This document shows positions 6,618 to 14,306 of a DNA stretch of 14,462 bases, in pieces. The translations under genes were made by a program, and so were the position numbers. The notes below the pieces were generated by a model. It saw only the letters and a program-made list of their open reading frames with translations, had not been told where the DNA came from and searched no databases. This stretch comes from Snowella sp. (GTDB lineage: Bacteria > Cyanobacteriota > Cyanobacteriia > Cyanobacteriales > Microcystaceae), in contig JAYKGY010000049.1 of assembly GCA_035285545.1 (NCBI GenBank), forward strand, positions 1 to 14,462, read 5' to 3'. The first letter of the stretch is position 1; every line of letters begins with the position of its first letter.

Positions 6618-8168
6618 ATGAAACAACTCAATCGATCTCGATCCTACTCTCGACGTTTTTACCACAATTTTGCTCCCAGGTGGCAAAGTTCTTTCATCCT
6701 AGCGGGTGTGATTGTTATGATCTGGGCTGGATCAGCCTTTGCTCAATCTTTTACCTCCAATAACGTCATTCAATTTCAGCAGACCTTACAAGTATCACTA
6801 GATACCGCTTGGGTTATTGTGACAGGTTGTTTGGTTTTCTGCATGATTATTGGCCTTTCTTTACTTGAAGCAGGATTCTGTCGTCAAAAGAATGCGGTGA
6901 ATGTCTTAACCAAAAATCTGATTGGATTTTCTTTGGTCAGTCTGGTTTTTTGGGCAATTGGATTTGGCTTGATGTTTGGAGATGGCAATTTTCTCTTTGG
7001 AACCCAGGGCTTTTTCATGCAGGGGGCTGATAATAGCCCCAATACGGGTTCAATTTATGAAGGCGTTTTTCGTGCCCTGAGTTGGGCCAGTGTTCCCCTA
7101 CAGGCTAAATTCTTTTTCCAATTAGTGTTGGCGGGAACGGCGATCGCGATCGTGGCAGGGGCAGTAGCAGAGCGAATTCAATTTTTTGCCTTTCTCCTCT
7201 TTAGCTTTTTATTTGTGGGTATTATTTATCCCCTCACTGGCCATTGGATTTGGGGAGAAGGTTGGCTTGCTCAGATCGGGTTCTGGGATTTTGCTGGCTC
7301 AACCGTTGTCCATTCTGTTGGTGGGTGGGCCGCTTTTGTCGGAGCCGTTTTATTGGGTCCCCGCTTAGGGAAATATCAAGGCGGAGAATCCTTTGCTTTA
7401 CCTGCCCACAATCTACCTCTCGCGACCTTGGGTTGCCTCCTTCTCTGGTTAGGATGGTTTGGCTTTAATACAGGAGCTGTGATGGCTGCCAATCCGTTGA
7501 TCATTACCCATATTTTATTGGTAACCAATTTGGCCGCAGCAACGGGAGGATTAGCGGCTCTCTTTACCGCTTGGTTTTACTTTGGTAAACCGGATTTATC
7601 GGTCATGCTCAATGGAATTTTAGGGGGATTAGTGGCCATTAGTGCAGCGTGCCGTTTTGTCGATCTGGGTTGGGCTGCGTTAATCGGCATTATTGCGGGT
7701 ATTCTCGTTGTTTTTGCCGTTGATTTCTTTGATCGTACCCGGATTGATGATCCGGTTGGAGTTATCGCTGTTCACTTGGTCTGTGGCATTTGGGGAACCT
7801 TAGCCGTTGCCCTGTTTGCCGTTGGCCCCGAAGTCTCCCTGAGTAATAATTTTGTCTTGTACGAAGCAGGGCCAGTGAGAGGATTAATTCTCGGTGGTGG
7901 CTTAGATGCCCTCAAACAATTATTTATCCAACTGTTGGGGATTACCTCCGTCAGCTTTGCCACGGTCTTACTGAGTTGGCTCGCCTGGATTGTCATTCAA
8001 ATGACGGTCGGGATTCGGGTTTCCGTTGAGTCGGAGCTAAAAGGACTGGACTTAAGCGAGCATGGCTTAACGGCCTACGGCGGATTTATGCTTAAACAGG
8101 ATGCTAGTACGAAGTTCTCCGATAGAGGGCAGGGATTATTGCCCCCCCAACAACGTCCACCTGGATAA
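6618..8168 (+). CDS. amt: Ammonium transporter (Amt family), cyanobacterial Amt1-like paralogue
   Basis: GFCRQKNAVN, GAVAER, DFAGSTVVH, WLGWFGFN, IDDPVG..VHLVCG, GLDLSEHG. There is also an N-terminal signal-like segment ending AFA-Q. Confidence 0.93.
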   Translation: MKQLNRSRSYSRRFYHNFAPRWQSSFILAGVIVMIWAGSAFAQSFTSNNVIQFQQTLQVSLDTAWVIVTGCLVFCMIIGLSLLEAGFCRQKNAVNVLTKNLIGFSLVSLVFWAIGFGLMFGDGNFLFGTQGFFMQGADNSPNTGSIYEGVFRALSWASVPLQAKFFFQLVLAGTAIAIVAGAVAERIQFFAFLLFSFLFVGIIYPLTGHWIWGEGWLAQIGFWDFAGSTVVHSVGGWAAFVGAVLLGPRLGKYQGGESFALPAHNLPLATLGCLLLWLGWFGFNTGAVMAANPLIITHILLVTNLAAATGGLAALFTAWFYFGKPDLSVMLNGILGGLVAISAACRFVDLGWAALIGIIAGILVVFAVDFFDRTRIDDPVGVIAVHLVCGIWGTLAVALFAVGPEVSLSNNFVLYEAGPVRGLILGGGLDALKQLFIQLLGITSVSFATVLLSWLAWIVIQMTVGIRVSVESELKGLDLSEHGLTAYGGFMLKQDASTKFSDRGQGLLPPQQRPPG

Positions 8169-8176
8169 GGTCTGGG

Positions 8177-8211
8177 AAAAGATTCTGTGAAACTTCTGCC
8201 ACGGAACTTTT
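8177..8211 (+). terminator. Candidate intrinsic terminator after amt
   Basis: AAAAG-A-TTCTGTG-(10 nt loop)-CACGGAA-CTTTT, an inverted repeat with one G-U pair, starting 8 nt after the stop codon. Confidence 0.45.
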
Positions 8212-8302
8212 AGAATGAAAGAACCCTTTAGCCTGTGCGTCGAAACAGGCCATTGACCCCTGATAATGGGGAATAGATGACTCAATCGGATTTAGGATTA
8301 TT

Positions 8303-9982
8303 GTGAAATCACGCTCCTTTTTTCTTACGCTTGCTCTGCTGGCTGTTGTCTCCTTTTCGCTTGCAGGAGGGGGCTTGTATTGGATTTTGTCCGGTAGCCC
8401 ACTGAGCTTGTTGCAGGGGGGGGTCAATCTTACGCCGACGGCAGCAGCCTTTATTCCCCAGCAATCCCCTGTGATGGTGTCTTTGTTGGTTAATCCCAAC
8501 CGTTTAGAGGCGTTTAGCCAACTCATAGCGGCTCCGGATAAACGAAAACGGGCCCATCAAGAGCTAAAGGAATTAGAGCAAAGTTTATTAGCGAAAACGG
8601 GATTAAATTATCAGAAAGAAGTTAAGCCTTGGTTAGGAGAAGAAATTACTCTGGCCGTCACTTCCCTCGATTATGACCGTTCCGCCGAAAATGGAGTGCA
8701 GCCAGGTTATTTGTTAGTTGTCCAAACCAAAGACTCCGAATTAAGCAAGGAATTTTTGCAGATTTCCTATTCTGAAGCGGCGATCGCGGGGGATTATGAT
8801 TTAGTTTTTGATACCTACCAAGGGGCTAATATTACCTATAAGCGGGCATTGAAACCCAGTCTAAACAGTAATTTGGTCGCCAGTACCGTTGTCGGTGATT
8901 ATGTTCTCTTTGCGAATCATCCCAAGGTTTTACGGGAAGCCCTCAGTAGTGTACAAGCCCCTGATCTCAATCTGAATCAGGCGATCGCTTACCAAGAAGC
9001 TTTGAAAACGATTCAAGAACCGCGTATTGGGATTTTATATGCTAATTTTCCCGCCCTTTCTGCCTGGTTAAGTCATTTACCGTTACCTGAAACCCCTGAT
9101 CTTAGCCAAACCCTTACCGTCGCCCTTTCCCTCAAATCCCAAGGCTTAGTCGCCCAAACCGCGTTAACGGGCGTTAAAAACTTCGACACTCCCTTGCCTT
9201 TGTTGTCGGAACCCGTTGGAACCTTAGCTTATGTTCCCCACAATAGCCTATTGACCGCATCCGGCACTAACTTAGCGCAATTTTGGCAACAAATCGAAAC
9301 GGGTCTAGAGCCGGACAGTCCCTTGCAACAGGTGGTCTATCGCACCATTGAGAGTGTGCAAACCCCTTGGAAATTAGATTTACCTCAAGATATTTTTAAT
9401 TGGGTTGAAGGGGATTATAGCTTAGCCCTAGTCAGTGATCCCAATGGAAAAGAGCCGAATTGGATATTTGTGGCAGAACGTTCACCCGATACTGAGGTGG
9501 ATACGGCGATCGCCCATTTAGATGAGTTGGCCAAATCCCAAGGATACAGTGTAGAAACCCTATCCGTTTCAGGACAATCCGTGACAGCTTGGACAAAGTT
9601 AAAAACCGCAGCCGATAACAACATTACGCGCTTAGAAGCCCAGGTCAAGGGAGTCCATTTGACTCTGGATCACTATGAAATTTTAACAACTTCCCTCGAA
9701 GCCATGTCTCAGGTATTATCAGCAAACGCCGATCCCCTGGTGACGAGCGCGAAATTTCAGCAGGCCATTGGGGCCTTACCCCCCGAAAATCATGGTTATT
9801 TTTATCTCGATTGGAATGGGAGTGAAGCATTTTTAGAAAAACAGTTTCCTGTTCTCCGGGTTTTAGAATTAACGGTCAAACCCTTATTTAAAAATCTGCG
9901 ATCGCTGACTATTACGAGTGAAGGCAATGTCAACGGAATTCGTCGGGCAACAGCTTTTTTAAACTTAGGAGTTCGAGAGTAA
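8303..9982 (+). CDS. DUF3352-like membrane-anchored/exported protein
   Basis: N-terminal hydrophobic anchor and GTG start. Motifs P.AAAFIPQQSPVMVSLLVNP, YQKEVKPWLGEEITLAVT and GYFYLDW are recalled from cyanobacterial DUF3352 proteins. Confidence 0.75.
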   Translation: MKSRSFFLTLALLAVVSFSLAGGGLYWILSGSPLSLLQGGVNLTPTAAAFIPQQSPVMVSLLVNPNRLEAFSQLIAAPDKRKRAHQELKELEQSLLAKTGLNYQKEVKPWLGEEITLAVTSLDYDRSAENGVQPGYLLVVQTKDSELSKEFLQISYSEAAIAGDYDLVFDTYQGANITYKRALKPSLNSNLVASTVVGDYVLFANHPKVLREALSSVQAPDLNLNQAIAYQEALKTIQEPRIGILYANFPALSAWLSHLPLPETPDLSQTLTVALSLKSQGLVAQTALTGVKNFDTPLPLLSEPVGTLAYVPHNSLLTASGTNLAQFWQQIETGLEPDSPLQQVVYRTIESVQTPWKLDLPQDIFNWVEGDYSLALVSDPNGKEPNWIFVAERSPDTEVDTAIAHLDELAKSQGYSVETLSVSGQSVTAWTKLKTAADNNITRLEAQVKGVHLTLDHYEILTTSLEAMSQVLSANADPLVTSAKFQQAIGALPPENHGYFYLDWNGSEAFLEKQFPVLRVLELTVKPLFKNLRSLTITSEGNVNGIRRATAFLNLGVRE

Positions 9983-10082
9983 TAATTTGTCAAAAATTTG
10001 GTGAATTGAGAATCATGATTTACAGAAAGAAAATTAAACTTTGATAACTGATTAGAGGTTAAAAAACAGAGGAAGATTAAAT

Positions 10083-10727
10083 ATGCCCGCTACTGCCGAT
10101 GATGTTTGGCAACTTTTAGCCGAATTAACCACTAAGCAAGCCCAGTTAACCCTTGCTCAACAGGAAACGGATCGTCAAATTAAAGAAACTAATCAGCAAC
10201 TCAAAGAAACTGATCGTCAACTCAAAGAAACTGATCGCTACCTCAAGGAACAATTCAAAGAAACCGATCGCAGAATTCGAGAAGTAGATAGACAAATCGG
10301 AAATCTTGGCGGAAAGTGGGGTCGTTTTGTCGAAAATATGGTTGCGCCGGCCTGTGAAACGTTGTTTATTAATCGAGGAATTCCCGTCCATCAGGTCAGC
10401 CAACGGGTTAAAAAACGGCTGAATGGTCAGACCTTAGAAATTGATATTCTGGTAACCAATGCCAATCATGTTTTAGTGGTAGAAGTTAAAAGTACGTTAG
10501 GTGTGAATGATGTCAGGCAACTTATGGAAGATTTGAACCAATTCCGCCAATTTTTTCCTGAATATCATCAAAAGCAACTCTATGGAGCCGTAGCAGGGAT
10601 TGAAATTGAAGAAGGGGCTGATCGGTATGCCTATCGTCAAGGCTTATTTGTGTTGGCTCAGACGGGCGAAAATGTTTCGATTTTAAATCCTGCTGATTTT
10701 CAGCCTAGAAATTGGCAAGCGGTTTAA
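10083..10727 (+). CDS. Coiled-coil + PD-(D/E)XK nuclease-like protein (DUF3782-like)
   Basis: ETDRQLK heptads followed by LGGKWGRFVE, EIDIL...VEVKS and AYRQGLFVL. AGAGGA RBS upstream. Confidence 0.8.
   Translation: MPATADDVWQLLAELTTKQAQLTLAQQETDRQIKETNQQLKETDRQLKETDRYLKEQFKETDRRIREVDRQIGNLGGKWGRFVENMVAPACETLFINRGIPVHQVSQRVKKRLNGQTLEIDILVTNANHVLVVEVKSTLGVNDVRQLMEDLNQFRQFFPEYHQKQLYGAVAGIEIEEGADRYAYRQGLFVLAQTGENVSILNPADFQPRNWQAV
10164..10301 (+). repeat. Degenerate in-frame 21-bp tandem repeat encoding ETDRQLK heptads
   Basis: Units start at 10164, 10185, 10206, 10227, 10260 and 10281 (consensus GAAACTGATCGTCAACTCAAA), with a 12-bp insertion at 10248-10259. Confidence 0.85.
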
Positions 10728-10741
10728 AAGAGGGAAACTCG

Positions 10742-11122
10742 CTAACTTTCAATTTGTTTAGCTGAAACTTCAACCACATCCACATCAATGGTGCCAGGTG
10801 GCGTTAAACGCGCAAATTTACCCCCTTCGACTTTTAATTCTTCTCCACAATTGGGACAACGACATTCACTCCCATTAAAGCCAGTAAATTCGTAGGCACA
10901 AACCGGACAACTATCTTCGACTAAATTTCGTTTTAACCACCAACGGAACCCTAAAAAGGCAATAATGGGCGCGAAAAATAAGATAGTTAATAGGATTAAC
11001 ACGCTGTTAACAACCCATCCTAACCCCACTGCTCCCAAGGCTAGGCTGACTAGAATTACGGTCAACCAGCAACCTAAACCAGACTCATTGAACCAGCGAA
11101 ATTGAGGAAAATTGTTATTCAC
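10742..11122 (-). CDS. Small membrane protein with zinc ribbon (conserved hypothetical)
   Basis: Two hydrophobic helices, then CPVC...CPNC, and a PPGTIDV C-terminus. GTG start with a GGAG RBS. Confidence 0.8.
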   Translation of the reverse strand: MNNNFPQFRWFNESGLGCWLTVILVSLALGAVGLGWVVNSVLILLTILFFAPIIAFLGFRWWLKRNLVEDSCPVCAYEFTGFNGSECRCPNCGEELKVEGGKFARLTPPGTIDVDVVEVSAKQIES

Positions 11123-11190
11123 CGTAGTCTCCTTCGACTAAAAATCAGTAACTAGCCCTTTTTTCTATGCTAATCGATGGCAACTCAAGA

Positions 11191-12168
11191 TTAGTTTTCG
11201 AGAAATTGACCCATGTGACGGAATTTTTGATAGCGTAATTCTTTGCGTTGATGGGGAGTGAGTTGGGAAAGGCGGTCTAAGTTATCTAAAATCGATTTTT
11301 TCAGTAAAGCAGATGCCTCAATAGGGTTGGAATGGGCGGCCCCAGAGGGTTCGGGAATAATATCATCGATGATATTTAATTCTTTGAGATCTTTAGAGGT
11401 GATTTTAAGCGCGATCGCGGCCTTACCCGATTTTTTGGCATCTTTCCAAAGGATCGCTGCACAGGCTTCAGGGGTCGCAACGGTATAAACGGCATGTTCT
11501 AGCATTAACACCCGATCGCCAACGCCAATGCCTAACGCCCCCCCTGATCCGCCTTCTCCAATGACAACACAGATAATGGGCACTTCAAAACTAAACATTT
11601 GACGCAAATTGTAGGCGATCGCTTCCCCTTGCCCCAATTTTTCTGCATCAACGCCCGCCCAGGCCCCAGGTGTATCAATGAACGTTACAATCGGCATCCC
11701 AAATTGTTCCGCATGTTCCATCAGGCGTAACGCTTTACGGTAGCCCCCAGGGGCGGGCATTCCAAAATTTCGCGCGACATTATCTTTGGTATCTCGTCCT
11801 TTTTGGTGTCCTAGAATGACAACGGGACGGCCATCTAAGCGGGCCACGCCTCCCACAAGAGCCGGATCATCGTAACCACAGCGATCGCCATGTAATTCAA
11901 ACCAATCATCAGCAATTGCCTGAATATAATCCAGGGTGCTAGGACGACGGGGATGGCGGGCTAATTGTAACCGTTGAGAGGGATTGAGATTACTAAAAAT
12001 TTCTTGTCGGAGTTGTTCGGCTCGACTTTCTAGTTGCGCCAATTGTTCGGAAACATCAACGTTTTCTTCTAACGCCAATTCTCGAATTTGGTTGATTTTT
12101 TCTTCTAATTCGTAAAGGGGTTTCTCAAAATCTAATAAAAAAATTCGGCGATCGCTAGTCTGAGGCAT
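11191..12168 (-). CDS. accA: Acetyl-CoA carboxylase carboxyltransferase subunit alpha
   Basis: [58 protein letters not shown]. Confidence 0.97.
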   Translation of the reverse strand: MPQTSDRRIFLLDFEKPLYELEEKINQIRELALEENVDVSEQLAQLESRAEQLRQEIFSNLNPSQRLQLARHPRRPSTLDYIQAIADDWFELHGDRCGYDDPALVGGVARLDGRPVVILGHQKGRDTKDNVARNFGMPAPGGYRKALRLMEHAEQFGMPIVTFIDTPGAWAGVDAEKLGQGEAIAYNLRQMFSFEVPIICVVIGEGGSGGALGIGVGDRVLMLEHAVYTVATPEACAAILWKDAKKSGKAAIALKITSKDLKELNIIDDIIPEPSGAAHSNPIEASALLKKSILDNLDRLSQLTPHQRKELRYQKFRHMGQFLEN

Positions 12169-12301
12169 TGTTACAAGAAAAGACGGTAATCATAACATGG
12201 GAATAGTTCCCCAATGCTGATCTTTCATTCTAAGGCCGCTAGGAACTCCCCGATACATTTTGTATAGGCAAGTTGGATAACAGATTGGATGAATTGAGCA
12301 G

Positions 12302-12769
12302 TTAGATATAATACATCAACCCTTCTTGAAGATAGGCGTGACGCTGCTTACAGAGATCGGCTAAGGTATATTTCGCTAAAACGGATTGAGCCGCTAAATT
12401 CGCCTGTTGCCAGTCTTCTCGAATTAATTTCATTTCTACCGTCACCCGATCTGTCATTAAAGAGGTGTCGCGATCGCCTTCAATGAGAGACACAATATCT
12501 AAAATTGAAATTTCGGCTGGATTTTTGGCCAAAAAATAGCCACCTTTAGCACCCCGTTGACTTTTGAGCAGTCCGCCCCGACGCAATACCCCTAAAATTT
12601 GCTCTAAATAGCGTTCAGGAATCGGTTGCTTTGCCGTAATTTCGCCAATCGTGACGGGAGTTTGGCGATCTCCCTGACTAGCCATCTCTAGCAAAGCCAA
12701 GAGCGCGTATTCAACCTTAGAAGGTAAGTCTAATAAAATATAATTTTGGTTGTCCAAAGCAGCGATCAA
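12302..12769 (-). CDS. Rrf2 family transcriptional regulator (CymR-like, no Fe-S cysteine triad)
   Basis: KVEYALLAL, IPERYLEQIL, SQRGAKGGYFLAKNPAEIS winged-helix signature. The start is uncertain (TTG at 12769 or 12757). Confidence 0.9.
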   Translation of the reverse strand: MIAALDNQNYILLDLPSKVEYALLALLEMASQGDRQTPVTIGEITAKQPIPERYLEQILGVLRRGGLLKSQRGAKGGYFLAKNPAEISILDIVSLIEGDRDTSLMTDRVTVEMKLIREDWQQANLAAQSVLAKYTLADLCKQRHAYLQEGLMYYI

Positions 12770-12864
12770 TCAAAGAACGGTTTGTATATCAACTTGCCTT
12801 GTTTTATGATACTTGCTTTCGGACTGGTCAGGGAGTGTAAGCTGGCTTCTGTGGCTGGATCTGA

Positions 12865-14028
12865 CTAATTAAACGGCCCACCTAAAATGATTTTGGCGAT
12901 CGCGTTAGTGACATCCGATTCCTCTTCTGCTTTTAAAGATTCATACCACTGTTCAGTTAAGTCCGTTTGCTGACCGTAAATCACCCCAGCCCGTTGACGT
13001 GCTTTTAAGGTTAATTGAGCAGGGCGTTCTTTGCGAGCCGTTTCGTAGCGTTTTAAGGCATCGGGCACACTAATATTAGTAGTTACTAAATAGCGACAGA
13101 GAATTTCTGCGTCTTCCATCGCCTGGCATCCGCCTTGTCCCAAGGTTGGTGTAGTGGCATGGCCCGCATCTCCCACTAAGGCAACCCGTCCTCTTGCCAG
13201 ATTTTCTAAGGGATCAAGATCATGAATCTCTAAGCGATTAGTTTCTAGGGGGTTGAGTTTTTGGATTAAGTTTTGCACTGGTTCCGGCCAGCCCTGAAAA
13301 AGAGCGGCTAATTCTGCTCGACGTTCTGAGGGTTCGACCACTGTGCCTTTTTCCATCGGTGCGCCAAAAAAGTAATAGAAGCGATCGCTGCCAATGGGCA
13401 TCATAGAAGCACGTTTCGCTTCACCGACATAAATAACCCAGGTTTCCTTGTCTGCGAGTTCAGGACTTGCCTCGACAATCCCATTCCAGTTGACATAACC
13501 GGCATAACGGGGTTCTGTTTTTTGTTGGGTTACGTAATCCCGTAGCACGGAACGCACTCCATCGGCAGCAATTAACACATCTCCTGTTGCGGTACTGCCG
13601 TCTTCAAAAATCGCCGTGACTTGATTTCCTTCTTCTTTAACCCCGACACATTTACAGCCCGTATGGACATGTTCTTTTCCGACTTTCTCTAACAACATAT
13701 ATTGCAATTCATAGCGAGAAACGGGATAGGGGCGTTGTCCGACTTTCTCCACTAAGGGGTGAAGATCGATATCATTCAAGACTTCATTATGGTTGTTGAT
13801 ATAGGCCATGCGATTCATTTGACCGCCCATTTGCTGAATTTCATCTCCCAATCCCAACCAGTTCATGACTTTTACCCCATTAGACCAGAGGGAAATTCCT
13901 GCGCCAACAGGACGCAAATCCCGTACCCGATCATAGATTTCAATTTCATATCCTGCTCGCTTGAGGGCAATTCCGGTTGTTAATCCGCCAATACCTGCAC
14001 CGATAATGATGGCTTTTAAGTGATACAT
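12865..14028 (-). CDS. hpxO: FAD-dependent urate hydroxylase HpxO
   Basis: Co-linear motifs recalled from Klebsiella HpxO: KAIIIGAGIGGL, PVGAGISLWSNGVK, RYAGYVNWNG, NRLEIHD, GDAGHATTPTLGQGGCQAMEDA, C-terminal ILGGP. GAGG RBS upstream. Confidence 0.88.
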   Translation of the reverse strand: MYHLKAIIIGAGIGGLTTGIALKRAGYEIEIYDRVRDLRPVGAGISLWSNGVKVMNWLGLGDEIQQMGGQMNRMAYINNHNEVLNDIDLHPLVEKVGQRPYPVSRYELQYMLLEKVGKEHVHTGCKCVGVKEEGNQVTAIFEDGSTATGDVLIAADGVRSVLRDYVTQQKTEPRYAGYVNWNGIVEASPELADKETWVIYVGEAKRASMMPIGSDRFYYFFGAPMEKGTVVEPSERRAELAALFQGWPEPVQNLIQKLNPLETNRLEIHDLDPLENLARGRVALVGDAGHATTPTLGQGGCQAMEDAEILCRYLVTTNISVPDALKRYETARKERPAQLTLKARQRAGVIYGQQTDLTEQWYESLKAEEESDVTNAIAKIILGGPFN

Positions 14029-14205
14029 AGCCTTTCCTCATGTCAAGTGATTAATTTACAAGCTTTTTGTTGCTTTGTGAAACTTTAAGACCCTAAATCC
14101 TAATTTTTCTAGCAATTTTTTTATCTAACGTTAAGCTTACAACCTGGTATAGATACTGAAACGGGTGACGATGCTTAACCTAAAGATAAAAGCAATTTAT
14201 CAAAA

Positions 14206-14242
14206 TGTATACAGTATACAAAGAGGAAGGGGGGAATGTCGA
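14206..14242 (-). promoter_or_regulatory. Candidate hpxO promoter overlapped by a palindromic operator
   Basis: The minus strand reads TCGACA (14242-14237), an 18 nt spacer, then TATACT (14218-14213). The perfect inverted repeat TGTATAC-N-GTATACA (14206-14220) covers the -10 element. Confidence 0.5.
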
Positions 14243-14306
14243 ATTTTTTAAAGTCAACGGGGAAGGCGATCGCGTACAGTTCTATCGTCGGCAGTTTACT
14301 GTTGGG

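Larger units (their letters stand above)
1259..14273. repeat. Dispersed HIP1 octamers (GCGATCGC)
   Basis: Copies seen at 1259, 3669, 3877, 4276, 4782, 4935, 5997, 7140, 8780, 8981, 9506, 9898, 11411, 11615, 11881, 12148, 12470, 12896, 13381 and 14266 (counted by eye). Confidence 0.92.

Noticed and set aside
5602..8526. Short alternative-frame or antisense ORFs (5602-5808, 6533-6763, 7186-7368, 7244-7468, 7772-7996, 8104-8526)
   Set aside because: They overlap well-supported genes and show no protein-family motifs.
10164..10301. CRISPR-like repeat array
   Set aside because: The units are contiguous, degenerate and in frame, have no spacers, and encode coiled-coil heptads.
9415..13983. Short antisense ORFs (9415-9648, 9645-9830, 9802-9993, 10146-10403, 11258-11488, 13759-13983)
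   Set aside because: They are shadows of real genes. The repetitive 10146-10403 peptide is just the reverse of the 21-bp repeat.
14130..14179. Canonical purine (guanine/adenine) riboswitch
   Set aside because: There is a superficial GTTTC...TACC resemblance on the minus strand, but the three-way junction and kissing-loop sequences are absent.
14206..14220. NtcA binding site upstream of hpxO
   Set aside because: The spacing is GTA-N7-TAC, not the required N8.
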